From assembly GCA_041652815.1 (NCBI GenBank), contig JBAZGN010000001.1, positions 97,363-161,362 on the forward strand: DNA of 64,000 nt. The letters run 5' to 3'. Under the pieces are notes generated by a model, which did not search any database, had not been told where the DNA came from, and saw only the letters and a program-made list of their open reading frames with translations. Source of the stretch: Candidatus Omnitrophota bacterium (GTDB lineage: Bacteria; Omnitrophota; Gorgyraeia; Duberdicusellales; 4484-171). This document shows positions 17,310 to 27,317 of the stretch, piece by piece. Each line of letters opens with the position of its first letter. Position 1 is the first letter of the stretch. The position numbers were made by a program, and so were the translations under genes.

Positions 17310-20016
17310 ATTTAAAGATACAAACGGCACCTTTCAGGTAGAAAACCCGCAAAAATATAACCTTTATTTTCCTCTGACAAATGCAAAAGGGGAAATCTTA
17401 AGCTCGATAAGCCCCAATCTTGCCGGTGACATCAAAAAAGACAACGACCATTTCCTGATGCAACCAGCAAGCATTGAAGACATAAGAAATAATTTATTAT
17501 GCCGTAGGGAATTCTTCATAAAGACAGACGGCGATACTATAAGGTGCTCTTATCCTTATAAAGATATCGTAGAATGCGGTTTGCTTTATCAAAACGTCAT
17601 AAAACAAACCACGGACTTGCACATAGAAATTCTCAATTTCATCCCTTACAATTTAAAAGTTGAAGTAATGCAGGTAAATATACAAAATACATCGAGAAAG
17701 GAATTAAAAATAACAGCAACTTCCTTTATTCCTGTCTTCGCAAGGAGTGAAAAGAATTTACGCGATCATAGGCATGTTACTTCATTACTCAATAGAGTTG
17801 AATTGGATAAATACGGAATATTCGTAAAACCTACGATGATATTCGACGAACGTGGACACAGAGTTAACGAAACCATATATTTTATTTTGGGCTATGAAGG
17901 GGAAAAAATTGCCCCATCCGGACAGTTTCCTACATTAGACTGCTTTTGCCAGGAAGGAAATTTAATAAACCCTGATGCGATAGAAAAAAACATAAAACCC
18001 ATAAGCGAAAAAAAATCTGAATTTGACGGAAAAGAAACATGCGCTGCTTTCAGGTTCAAAGAAAGAATTTTAAAACCGGGGCAGAATTCGACATTTTTCC
18101 TTATAATGGGCATGGATGAAAATATTAAAAATATACGTAATACCTTTTCGAAACTAGATTCGCCCCAGAAAATAAAAAATGCTTTCCAGGATACCAAAGC
18201 TTACTGGATTGGCTATCTTTCCAATTTAAGCTTTGACTTTAAAGATAATGCTTACAACAACTGGCTTATCTGGGTTAAACTGCAACCAACCCTACGAAAG
18301 CTTTTTGGCTGTTCGTATCTGCCCCATTTTGATTATGGAAAAGGCGGGCGTGGCTGGCGTGACCTTTGGCAGGACGCGCTGGCTTTGCTTTTGATTGAAA
18401 ATACTAAAGTAAAGAAACTTATCTTGCATAACTTTAAAGGTGTCCGTATCGACGGCACAAACGCAACCGTAATAACAAACACGGGAGAATTTATCCCGGA
18501 CAGAAACCGTATCAGTCGCGTCTGGATGGACCACGGAGTATGGCCATATCTTACGCTCTCATCTTACATTCATAAAAATGCCGACTTGGAAATTTTGCTG
18601 GAAGAACTCCCTTATTTTAAGGATTGTCAGTTAAAAAGAGCAAAGGAGATAGATGCCGGTTTTAAACAAAAAGACAACCTCTTACGCGCAAAAAATGGAA
18701 AGATTTATAAAGGAAACGTGCTCGAGCATATATTGGTACAAACGATAGTACAGTTTTTTAATGTCGGCTCTCACAATATAGTCAAGCTTGAAAACGCGGA
18801 TTGGAATGACGGCCTGGATATGGCAGCCAAAAACGGAGAAAGTGGCGCTTTTAGTTTTATGTATGCACACAATTTAGCAGGTATTTGCAAATTACTTAAA
18901 GAACTAAAGACAAAAACAAAAAGCGTTTCCCTGCTTAAGGAGCTAAAAATCCTTCTAGACAGGCTAAGCAAACCAATAAACTACGCAAACTATAAAGAAA
19001 AACAAAGAAGGCTTGAAGAATATCTCGAAAAAACTAAAAATATAAGCGGTGAAAAAGTTAAAGTGGCCATAGATGATATTATCCGTGATTTAGAAGAAAA
19101 ATCAAACCACATGAATAATTGGCTGCGAAAAAATGAATGGCTTAGCTTGGGTTTTTTTAACGGCTATTATGATAACAAAGGAAAACGGGTTGAAGGTAGA
19201 TACAACAAAACTATACACATGATGCTTACCTCCCAGGTTTTTGCAATAATGAGCGGGGTAGCCTCGGATGAACAGATAAAAAATACTTGGGCTTCAATAA
19301 AAACACATCTCTACGACAAAGAATTAAAGGGGTTTCGGCTTAATACCGATTTCGGTTCTTTGTGCCTTGATTTAGGAAGAGCATTTGGATTTTCTTACGG
19401 TGACAAAGAAAACGGCGCATTTTTCAGCCATATGGTAATTATGCTGGCAAATGCCTTATATTGCCGCGGATTCATAAAAGAAGGCTATGAGGCAATGAAT
19501 TCTATTTACAATATGGCGATAAACGAACGAGCAAAAATTTATCCATTAATACCTGAATACTTTAATAGCCAGGGCCGTGGCCTTTACCTTTATCTTACAG
19601 GTTCAAGCTCCTGGTACATACATACATTGCTTGAAGAAACCCTCGGCATAAAATTCAACTATGGCGACCTTGTCATTAAACCCAAATTAGTTCCGCAAAA
19701 CTTTTCCGACAGTACAATAGAGGTAAAATTTACTTTGTCAGGAAAAACCATAAAGATCATTTTTACCCGTGAACCAGTCCCGCCTGTTGGCGGGACGATT
19801 CAGGGTTCCGCTCCACGGCGCAACCGCATAAACCAAAAGACTAATGCTATTAGACCGTGGGGCTTCACTGCCGCAAAAACAACTAGGCCTTTTTATGAAA
19901 TAAAAGATATTTTCTTCGGGAAAACAAAAATCATTAAAGAAAATTCAATATTTTTAATAAGACGGGAAAGCCTTCTCAAAAACCCGGATAAAATTATAAA
20001 AGTATATTTGCACTGA
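17299..20016 (+). CDS. Large (alpha/alpha)6-barrel glycoside hydrolase/phosphorylase-like protein (GH94/GH65-like)
   Basis: 905 aa. Motifs GGRGWRDLWQDAL and NADWNDGLDMAAKNGESG. Overlaps ispH by 11 nt. The 3' end carries a GC-rich in-frame segment at 19770-19870. Confidence 0.45.
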   Translation: MIYKFKDTNGTFQVENPQKYNLYFPLTNAKGEILSSISPNLAGDIKKDNDHFLMQPASIEDIRNNLLCRREFFIKTDGDTIRCSYPYKDIVECGLLYQNVIKQTTDLHIEILNFIPYNLKVEVMQVNIQNTSRKELKITATSFIPVFARSEKNLRDHRHVTSLLNRVELDKYGIFVKPTMIFDERGHRVNETIYFILGYEGEKIAPSGQFPTLDCFCQEGNLINPDAIEKNIKPISEKKSEFDGKETCAAFRFKERILKPGQNSTFFLIMGMDENIKNIRNTFSKLDSPQKIKNAFQDTKAYWIGYLSNLSFDFKDNAYNNWLIWVKLQPTLRKLFGCSYLPHFDYGKGGRGWRDLWQDALALLLIENTKVKKLILHNFKGVRIDGTNATVITNTGEFIPDRNRISRVWMDHGVWPYLTLSSYIHKNADLEILLEELPYFKDCQLKRAKEIDAGFKQKDNLLRAKNGKIYKGNVLEHILVQTIVQFFNVGSHNIVKLENADWNDGLDMAAKNGESGAFSFMYAHNLAGICKLLKELKTKTKSVSLLKELKILLDRLSKPINYANYKEKQRRLEEYLEKTKNISGEKVKVAIDDIIRDLEEKSNHMNNWLRKNEWLSLGFFNGYYDNKGKRVEGRYNKTIHMMLTSQVFAIMSGVASDEQIKNTWASIKTHLYDKELKGFRLNTDFGSLCLDLGRAFGFSYGDKENGAFFSHMVIMLANALYCRGFIKEGYEAMNSIYNMAINERAKIYPLIPEYFNSQGRGLYLYLTGSSSWYIHTLLEETLGIKFNYGDLVIKPKLVPQNFSDSTIEVKFTLSGKTIKIIFTREPVPPVGGTIQGSAPRRNRINQKTNAIRPWGFTAAKTTRPFYEIKDIFFGKTKIIKENSIFLIRRESLLKNPDKIIKVYLH

Positions 20017-20092
20017 TTACGCTGTTTAAGAAATCCTACAATTACCCTCCCCAATCAGTGCAATCAGCGTTAATTGTAATCTGTATTTAAAA

Positions 20093-22555
20093 ATGAAAAA
20101 ACTATTGGTTATCCTGATATTAGTAATCAGTTTTTATCTGGCCACAAATTTTATCTTGAGCACCCTGCTTCCGGAAAAAATAAACCAAGCTGCCAAGGAA
20201 TTTGTCGAAGATAATTTTGGCAGGAAAATTATAATCTCTCACATAAATGTAAATATCATAAGGGGAATCTTTTTAAAAGATATCACAATATTTGAAGCAG
20301 ACAGAAAAACTCCTTACTTAAAAATAAAAATAGCCCGCGTTACGCCATTTTACCCCTCCTTGCTCAACAGTAAAAAACTTTCCCTCTCGATAAACCTTGA
20401 GGGAGTTTATTTTACTCTCAAAAGAAATGCGGATAACACATTTAACCTTCTGCAGATACAACCAGCCCCTCAACTTGAAGTTGAAACGGCAAAAAAAAGC
20501 GTAAAAGCAACTAAAAATATTTTTCTTATAAAAAGCCTGTCTCTTAAGAAACTAAACCTTGATTTCGTAGATACAACCGTGGGTTTTAAGAAGAAATTTG
20601 AAGGTATAACCGTTTTTGCCGATTTGCAGGCTTTTCCTAAGATAACCTCCAAAATCTTATGGCAAGAAAAATTAAAGATAAATGCAAAATATAATTCATC
20701 CTCCAGGGAGCTTAAAGGTTCTGCACAGCTAAAAGAGATTGCCTTAAATGATTTTAATAGTTATTTTCCCCAGATAATACTTAAGGACGGCTATATAAAG
20801 AATGCCAAGATAAACATTGAGGGCAAAGAAAATTACACCTTAAAGATAGATGCTCTTTTAAGTGAATTATCCCTCACTAAAGAAAAAGCCGAGATAAAAG
20901 GCAATCTACATACAGCTATGCAAATTAATACGGGCGCAGGAAATGTTATTTATAATATTTCCGGCAGCTTAAACGGCGGGAATTTAAAATTGTTGCCCTA
21001 TCTAGACAGTTTAACCTCAGCAAAGGGAAATTTCCAACTGGATAATAAAAAATTGCAGCTTACGGATTTAACGGCTGATTTTTCAACCTTCGGTAAAGAA
21101 AAAGATAAAGATATCCAGACAAAAATTCCGATAGTTGCAAATGCAGAAGTAAATTTTGAAACTTCCCAGGTTACCGTCAAGGCAAAAGCTACCCCGCAAA
21201 TAACCGACCTCTTAAAAGCAGTTAAAACTATAAATGCAGATAACTCTAAAGCCCTTAAAAATTTTAATTACGAAGGAGGTGGAAATATCATCCTGGTCGC
21301 AGATATCAAAACTAATTTAAAGAACGAATACTTTGAATATTACATAGACTATTATATAGAAAATGTAGACTACAAAGAATTTAAAAATATCCGGGCAAAT
21401 GGCTTTATCGCCAACGATAAATTTAAAATTGAAAACTGTAAATTTAAACATAAAAATATAGCCTGGGATGGAGTGTTTGAACTAAATGATTTTTCTTCCC
21501 CGGATATGAAGCTGGTTGCAAACAGCAGTTTATTCAATTTGAATCTTACCGCAAAGCAGCTCAAAGACCTGACGGCAATAAAAAATTTGACGATAAAAAC
21601 TAAAAATTCGCAAGTTAAAGCCGAGGGCGGTTACCATAGAGATACTCAAGAGCTCGAATTACAAGGTTTAGCCTACATTGAGCTTAGTGAAATTATGCCG
21701 CTTGCAGACACCTATAACATCAAAGTATCCGGGCTTAAAAAAGCAGGCCCTCGAGGTGTACTTAACGCTAAGTTTATGATAAATGGCCCGCTTAAGCCGG
21801 ATAAATGGCAGATAAAACTTGCCGGGCTGAGTGAAAAACTAAAAATTTATAACCTTGAAGCAAGTGAAGTAAAACTTGAACTCTATAGAGATAAAGATTT
21901 ATTAATCATAAGCCCCCTGGTTGCCGACATCGCACAAGGAAAAATAGACCTACGCATCAAGACAGATTCGATAAACAAAAAAATGGTAGTAAATATGCTC
22001 ATAAATGACCTGGATTTGGCAGTTTTGCGAGAACAGCTTAAGCTGAAAAATAGCTTCTTAAGCGGGATTTTGTCTCTGGATGCAAATTTTGAGAATAACA
22101 GCTTGACTTCCTTAACCGGGCTTGAAGGTTCGGGAAAAGTAAGTATTCATAACGGAAATATCTGGGAAATAAATTTCCTAAAAGGCATGGGCGAATTTCT
22201 GTTTATACCGGAGTTTGAGCAAATAAAGTTTGAAGAAGGTTACAGCGATTTAATCTTTAAAGGTGAGAATGTAGTTTTTGAAAATATTGAATTAAACTCC
22301 TATCAGATGAATTTAAAAGGGAAAGGAAGAATTTCCCTTAAGGGTGATTTAAATTTTATACTTGTTTCCGAATTCAACCCCGACCTCGTATCCTCGTCAC
22401 AGGGTTTAAAAAAATTCTTCACTAATCTCCTGGGGCAAACCAGCCTCGCTATCGAGCTTAAAGGGACTGTTAAAAACCCTACCTACAATGTAAAACCGGT
22501 AATCTTTTCTGATTTAGAAGGTTTCAAGAAGATACTTGACGGTATATTTAAGTAA
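20093..22555 (+). CDS. AsmA-family outer-membrane biogenesis protein
   Basis: N-terminal TM (MKKLLVILILVISFYLATNFIL), then 800 aa of beta-rich AsmA-like repeats. Confidence 0.5.
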   Translation: MKKLLVILILVISFYLATNFILSTLLPEKINQAAKEFVEDNFGRKIIISHINVNIIRGIFLKDITIFEADRKTPYLKIKIARVTPFYPSLLNSKKLSLSINLEGVYFTLKRNADNTFNLLQIQPAPQLEVETAKKSVKATKNIFLIKSLSLKKLNLDFVDTTVGFKKKFEGITVFADLQAFPKITSKILWQEKLKINAKYNSSSRELKGSAQLKEIALNDFNSYFPQIILKDGYIKNAKINIEGKENYTLKIDALLSELSLTKEKAEIKGNLHTAMQINTGAGNVIYNISGSLNGGNLKLLPYLDSLTSAKGNFQLDNKKLQLTDLTADFSTFGKEKDKDIQTKIPIVANAEVNFETSQVTVKAKATPQITDLLKAVKTINADNSKALKNFNYEGGGNIILVADIKTNLKNEYFEYYIDYYIENVDYKEFKNIRANGFIANDKFKIENCKFKHKNIAWDGVFELNDFSSPDMKLVANSSLFNLNLTAKQLKDLTAIKNLTIKTKNSQVKAEGGYHRDTQELELQGLAYIELSEIMPLADTYNIKVSGLKKAGPRGVLNAKFMINGPLKPDKWQIKLAGLSEKLKIYNLEASEVKLELYRDKDLLIISPLVADIAQGKIDLRIKTDSINKKMVVNMLINDLDLAVLREQLKLKNSFLSGILSLDANFENNSLTSLTGLEGSGKVSIHNGNIWEINFLKGMGEFLFIPEFEQIKFEEGYSDLIFKGENVVFENIELNSYQMNLKGKGRISLKGDLNFILVSEFNPDLVSSSQGLKKFFTNLLGQTSLAIELKGTVKNPTYNVKPVIFSDLEGFKKILDGIFK

Positions 22556-22573
22556 TCTCCTGCCTTAAACTTG

Positions 22574-23161
22574 TTATTTTTGTAAGCCGTTAAGGCGGTT
22601 TTTAATTTCTTTGTAAATGTAGGCACTTTTGCCCTTGATTTCAGAGAGTGCCGAAATAAAGTATTTTTTTGCCTTCTGGGTATCGCCCATCTTTAAATAA
22701 CTGTCTCCTAAACTAAAAATTGCCTCTACTCTGTTACTTTCAAGCTCTAAAGCTTTCTTAAAGAATATTATTGATTGCTTAAATTTTCCTAATTTATTAA
22801 GCAACCAGCCCTTATTATGGTATAAAGAAGCGCAGTCTCTGCTTATCCTTATTCCTCTATCAAAAATAACCATAGCTTGTTCGTATTCTCCAAGTTCGGC
22901 AAAACAAATTGCTTTATCATTATAAGAACAGCCGTCATTTGGCCGTAATTTAATACAAAGATTCAGATATTTTATTGCCTTTTCGTAGTCCCGGCGGATT
23001 ATAAAGTTTTGGGCGGTAAAATAAGATAAGAAAAAGATATCATTAGCAGCAGCGGATTCTTTAATACCTTTAGTGATTCTTCTTTTTGCTTTTTCGAAAT
23101 GAAAAAACGTTATTTCCCTGTCTAAAATTCGCCTTTCTTTTTCCAAATCTATTTTTTGCAA
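22574..23161 (-). CDS. TPR-repeat protein
   Basis: Multiple 34-aa TPR units (AICFAELGEYEQAMVIFDRGI..., AIFSLGDSYLKMGDTQKAKKYF). Confidence 0.7.
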   Translation of the reverse strand: MQKIDLEKERRILDREITFFHFEKAKRRITKGIKESAAANDIFFLSYFTAQNFIIRRDYEKAIKYLNLCIKLRPNDGCSYNDKAICFAELGEYEQAMVIFDRGIRISRDCASLYHNKGWLLNKLGKFKQSIIFFKKALELESNRVEAIFSLGDSYLKMGDTQKAKKYFISALSEIKGKSAYIYKEIKNRLNGLQK

Positions 23162-23955
23162 ACAATTCCTCCCTTCCCCGGCGAAAAATCAAGTATCTTG
23201 AAACCTGTCTTTTTAAGCTTTTTTTCTATCTTAGAAGGAAAATCATAACCCTGGCTTATTTTATAAAGCGGCGTGTAATGAAACAGCCTGCCTTTTTCTT
23301 TAAGCACCCGGTAAAGTTCCCTGTAAAACGCCTCGGTAAAAAGCTCGGGCGCGAGCTTAAAAGTAGGCGGGTCGTGGATTATGCAGTCAAAATGGTTTTC
23401 GCTAAATCCTTTTATCGCATTTGATATGTCCCCGCTTTTTACCTCAATATTTCCTGAAGAGAATAACTCCTTTGATATTGGATTAAGCTTTGCTAAATTG
23501 TATACATTTTCGTCTTTTTCGAATGTTATTACTTTTGCCTGATAAGAAGCTAAAATTGCGCTATAGCCAAGCCCCATGCAGGTATCTAGCGTAAGACCAT
23601 AAGGCTTAAGCATGTTAATTTTATTTTCTGTGTCTTTCTTGGGGGAGCTTAATTTATGCATAGGCACAGAGCCTATCGATATGGTGGGCCAGTCATTTGT
23701 TGGCGTAAGCTTATAGAAACGGTTAGTATCATCAGAAAAATATGCAAGAGGCTCTATTTTGTTATTGTTAATTAAATAACAAAAATTGTCTTTTACCTTT
23801 TCTTTTATGTTTATGCTGGACTTACCTGCAAATACTACTGTTTCCTTGCCCACACAAACATCTATTTCTTTCAAACCGAAGTCTACTTTGGCCTTGAAAC
23901 AAACGCCCTGGCTTTGTTTTAATATATAATCCCACTCCTTTTTCGTGATAACCAT
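23149..23955 (-). CDS. Class I SAM-dependent methyltransferase (D-P-P-[FT] N-methylase-type motif; RNA/DNA base N-methyltransferase-like)
   Basis: DTCMGLGYSAILAS (motif I) and CIIHDPPTF (motif IV). Confidence 0.5.
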   Translation of the reverse strand: MVITKKEWDYILKQSQGVCFKAKVDFGLKEIDVCVGKETVVFAGKSSINIKEKVKDNFCYLINNNKIEPLAYFSDDTNRFYKLTPTNDWPTISIGSVPMHKLSSPKKDTENKINMLKPYGLTLDTCMGLGYSAILASYQAKVITFEKDENVYNLAKLNPISKELFSSGNIEVKSGDISNAIKGFSENHFDCIIHDPPTFKLAPELFTEAFYRELYRVLKEKGRLFHYTPLYKISQGYDFPSKIEKKLKKTGFKILDFSPGKGGIVCKK

Positions 23956-24024
23956 GGTAATTATTATAAAACAGCCGAGGATTTATGGAAATTATATTTT
24001 GCATTATGCACAATTTAAAATATC

Positions 24025-24052
24025 TTGACAAGAAAAAGCTAAGTTATACAAT
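24025..24052 (+). promoter_or_regulatory. Sigma70-like promoter of the HU gene (TTGACA-16-TACAAT)
   Basis: -35 at 24025-24030 and -10 at 24047-24052, about 85 nt upstream of the HU start. Confidence 0.5.
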
Positions 24053-24139
24053 ATTGAAAGTGGTTGAAAATATTAACTTTTTCAAACAAAACAGTCCCGA
24101 CGTTAGGTCTGGGCAATTCCGTTAAAAGGAGGTGTCTAA

Positions 24140-24409
24140 ATGAATAAGGCAGAGCTAGTTGAAGCAGTAGCACAGAGTTGTTGCACCAAGAAAGAAGCGC
24201 AGACAGCAGTTGATTCAGTGTTTGATGCAATTAAGGGTTCTCTTAAGAAAAAAGACCAAGTAGCAATTTCTGGTTTTGGCACTTTCAAGGTAAAAGAAAC
24301 AAAGGCAAGAACAGGAAGAAATCCTAAGACCGGCGAAAGCATTCAGATTCCCGCAAAGAAGAAAATAGCTTTTAGAGCCTCCAAAGACTTAAAAGCACTT
24401 TTGAACTAA
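24140..24409 (+). CDS. hup: Nucleoid-associated protein HU
   Basis: MNKAELVEAVA...GFGTFKVKETKARTGRNPKTGESIQIPAKK. AAAGGAGG RBS. Confidence 0.9.
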   Translation: MNKAELVEAVAQSCCTKKEAQTAVDSVFDAIKGSLKKKDQVAISGFGTFKVKETKARTGRNPKTGESIQIPAKKKIAFRASKDLKALLN

Positions 24410-24424
24410 AAATCAGTCTATTGT

Positions 24425-24466
24425 AAAAAAGGGCGCATATTAAATTGCGCCCTTTTTTATTTTTAT
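24425..24466. terminator. Bidirectional intrinsic terminator
   Basis: aaaaaagggcgca-tattaaat-tgcgccctttttt. Serves HU on the plus strand and the convergent radical SAM gene. Confidence 0.7.
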
Positions 24467-26146
24467 GTAATAACTACCGCTCGCTGCGCTAACTTTAAGT
24501 TTATTAAGCAAACTCTTCAAAATTACCGGGTCAATAAATTTTTCCTGTACAAAATCGTAACTAAATCCGTAAGCGCTTGCGGTTTCTTTGATTCTAAAAA
24601 CCTTATACTCCCTTAACATTTTACGTAAAGCAACCAGGCCAAGGGTTGTTTTATCAATTTTTTGCTTGTTGAAAAAATTGTCCGTGTGGATATCGAACTT
24701 ATCGGTTTTTTCCCTTAAAAAAGAAAAGAACTTTTCCCCGCTTAAAGAATATGCATCAAGCAAATACTTTATAAAATTTATGATCCTTGAAAGATAAAAA
24801 ACGAAAAATATGTGGTTACGCGGTATAAATTTATCGAAATAAGCACACGAACCTCTAAAAAATCTGTAATCTTCAACCCGTGTTGAAAAATTATCTTTAA
24901 GATAATCGAAAAACGGGCTTTCTATCACGGGATAAAATATACTTGGGCCCAGGAAAACACGCTTTGAGCTAAGGATTTTCAAGTCAGCCAGAGAGTCTCT
25001 TATCTTCTGATAAGGCAAAGCCACTATAAAATGAACCGTAACCGGAATGTTGATTTTGGCCATAGAATTAGCCAGGGAAAATACGTTCCTTTGCTGCTCG
25101 GGCCTGGAAGCTTCCCTCCTTACTGGCTCTTTTGCGCTTATAAGAGATAAATCTATATGCGTAAGGCCGCATTTTTGTAGTTTTTGCCGTAAATTCTTGT
25201 TTATTCCTTTGCCAAGCAACCCATTCATGAACGAAATTTTTATCTTTCCGCTAAAATTAACGATCAATAAATCGAGGATTTTTTCAAATTCCGGGTTGCA
25301 ATTGGCATTATCGTCTTCGAAATTGAAATGTCTTGCACCAAGAGAGTAGCCTTTGGCTATTTCCTCTAATACATTTTCGGCGCGGCGATGGCGGAATTTT
25401 TCTTTTATGCCGCAAAATTTACAGCCCAGGCTGCATCCTCTTGAGGAAATCAAAGAAGCGCTGGGCATGCCCTGAAACTTATATAAATTGTGATTGATAA
25501 GTTCCATCTGCGGCAAAGGCAACAAATTTAAATCCTTGATTAAATTTACCCTGTTGTCGATGTGATTTTTGTTTTTCAACCTAAAACATAAGCCGCTAAT
25601 TCGGTTCAATCCTAAGGAAGAGCTTAATCCAGCACCTTTAATATGCATACATAATTGGCTTAAACTGTATTCTGCCTCTCCTCTTATAACAAAATCCAGG
25701 TTTTTATTTTTAAGCATAATCTCCGGACAAGCTGTAGCCGCCCTGCCTCCGCATACAACAACTATTCTCTTATCTATTCTTTTTGCGATTTGCGCAACTG
25801 CGAATGTACTATCGATATAGGCAGAAAAGTTTCCGGAGATTCCTATTATTTGAGGGTTGAATTTCTTTATATTCTCTTCTATCTCCTCATAAGTTAACCC
25901 AAAATGGTAATAATTCGAAAAAAGACAAAAAGGAGATTTATTTGGTTTATAGTATTCCTTAAGATAGTTAAATTCGGTAGGTATTTTTAGGGTTATTTTT
26001 TTATACTCTGCAGGACAGTTAAGTATCTTTACATTAAAACCGTTCTGTTTAAGAGGTGAGGCAAGATAGCTTAAGCCCAAAGGATATGCTCTTTGAGGCG
26101 TAAAATAGAAATCTTGGATTGGAGGGTTTATAAGGAGAACTTTCAT
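24440..26146 (-). CDS. B12-binding-domain radical SAM protein
   Basis: N-terminal cobalamin-binding fold (MKVLLINPP...), then SSRGCSLGCKFCG radical SAM motif. Start trimmed out of the palindrome at 26150-26290. Confidence 0.7.
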   Translation of the reverse strand: MKVLLINPPIQDFYFTPQRAYPLGLSYLASPLKQNGFNVKILNCPAEYKKITLKIPTEFNYLKEYYKPNKSPFCLFSNYYHFGLTYEEIEENIKKFNPQIIGISGNFSAYIDSTFAVAQIAKRIDKRIVVVCGGRAATACPEIMLKNKNLDFVIRGEAEYSLSQLCMHIKGAGLSSSLGLNRISGLCFRLKNKNHIDNRVNLIKDLNLLPLPQMELINHNLYKFQGMPSASLISSRGCSLGCKFCGIKEKFRHRRAENVLEEIAKGYSLGARHFNFEDDNANCNPEFEKILDLLIVNFSGKIKISFMNGLLGKGINKNLRQKLQKCGLTHIDLSLISAKEPVRREASRPEQQRNVFSLANSMAKINIPVTVHFIVALPYQKIRDSLADLKILSSKRVFLGPSIFYPVIESPFFDYLKDNFSTRVEDYRFFRGSCAYFDKFIPRNHIFFVFYLSRIINFIKYLLDAYSLSGEKFFSFLREKTDKFDIHTDNFFNKQKIDKTTLGLVALRKMLREYKVFRIKETASAYGFSYDFVQEKFIDPVILKSLLNKLKVSAASGSYYIKIKKGAI

Positions 26147-26149
26147 GGT

Positions 26150-26290
26150 ATTTATAAAATAACCAAATCCCAAGATACAATAACCAAACAATAACCAATA
26201 ACCAAATTCCAATGACCAAACAAAAAATCAATACAATTGTTTGGTGATTGGTTATTGGATATTGGAATTTGTTTGGAGCTTGTATCTTGG
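26150..26290. repeat. About 140-nt imperfect palindrome built from accaa(a/t) units
   Basis: Identical 22-nt ends ataaccaaatcccaagatacaa in inverted orientation. Generates mirrored pseudo-ORFs 26049-26231 and 26241-26447 that share LYLGIWLFYK. Confidence 0.7.
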
Positions 26291-26309
26291 GATTTGGTTA
26301 TTCTACAAA

Positions 26310-27257
26310 TCATGCCGAGATTTTTCTCAATTTCGCTACGAAAAAGCCTTCCATGAATTCATTAGGTATTACGCGCCTTGTAAGCTTACAGGCATTGGAA
26401 AAATGTTTATTGCGCCATTTAGTGATACCGCAAAACACATTATTTAAAGGAAATTCTATTGGTACAACCTCTAATTGTTCTTTAAATTTATTGATAAACC
26501 AATCTATCACCCCTTCGTTTTCTTCGGGTGAAAAGGTGCAGGTAGAATACACTAGTTCTCCTCCTTCTTTTAAAGCAAAGAATGCAGAATGCAGCAGGGA
26601 TTTTTGCTTATCATGGAGCTCTTTTACTTTTCTTTCCTTCCAGTATTTATAGCTTCTTGGATTATTCAGGTCGAAGAGGCCTTCCGCAGAACAAGGAGCA
26701 TCTACCAGAATTTTGTCAAAATATTCCGGAAATTTCTTTCTTGCCCAGAAACCGTCCTGTGCGAAAGTTTCTACGTTGGTTACTCCCTGGATTTTTAAAT
26801 TAGCTTCCAGCTTACAATGCCTGATGTGCTCTTTTTCAAAGGCGACAATTTCTGCATTCGGAGCAAGGGAAGCTATCTGGGTAGTTTTTGCCCCAGGAGA
26901 CGCACACAGGTCAAGAATCTTTTGCCCATTTTGAGGGCTAAGTGCAATAACCGGAAGCATACTTGATACATTTTGCACATATATAAACCCGTTTCTATAT
27001 GCAGGGGTTTGCTGCAGCCCCCTAAAGGGAACTTTCGAAAGAAATGCGCCCTTGGGGAATGGGAGCTCCTGAAAGCGTAAACCGTCTGCAAGCAATTCCT
27101 TCTTTAAGCTTACCAAATCTGTTTTTAGATAGTTTATCCTGAAAGTGGTTTGCTTCTTCACTAAGAATGTAGTTAATATTTGCTGAAAATGATGAGGGTA
27201 TAGCGCTTCTATTTTTTCAAGAAAGCCTTTTGGTAATTTATAGAATATTTCATTCAC
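26310..27257 (-). CDS. rRNA cytosine-C5 methyltransferase, RsmB/RsmF (NOL1/NOP2/Sun) family
   Basis: DLCASPGAKT, VDAPCSAEG and YSTCTF motifs. Confidence 0.75.
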   Translation of the reverse strand: MNEIFYKLPKGFLEKIEALYPHHFQQILTTFLVKKQTTFRINYLKTDLVSLKKELLADGLRFQELPFPKGAFLSKVPFRGLQQTPAYRNGFIYVQNVSSMLPVIALSPQNGQKILDLCASPGAKTTQIASLAPNAEIVAFEKEHIRHCKLEANLKIQGVTNVETFAQDGFWARKKFPEYFDKILVDAPCSAEGLFDLNNPRSYKYWKERKVKELHDKQKSLLHSAFFALKEGGELVYSTCTFSPEENEGVIDWFINKFKEQLEVVPIEFPLNNVFCGITKWRNKHFSNACKLTRRVIPNEFMEGFFVAKLRKISA

Positions 27258-27317
27258 CTAGATCCTCCTTCTAACTAATGTTTTGTTATGTTATAAAACT
27301 AAACCATACAAAAAATA

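Noticed and set aside
26049-26447. Two mirrored ORFs (26049-26231 minus, 26241-26447/26652 plus) that both encode ...LYLGIWLFYK...
   Set aside because: They are translation artefacts of the two arms of the accaa-word palindrome, not genes. The same reasoning applies to the N-terminal extensions of ORFs 967-1476, 2012-2671, 5331-5771, 12650-12925 and 24440-26212, which were trimmed.
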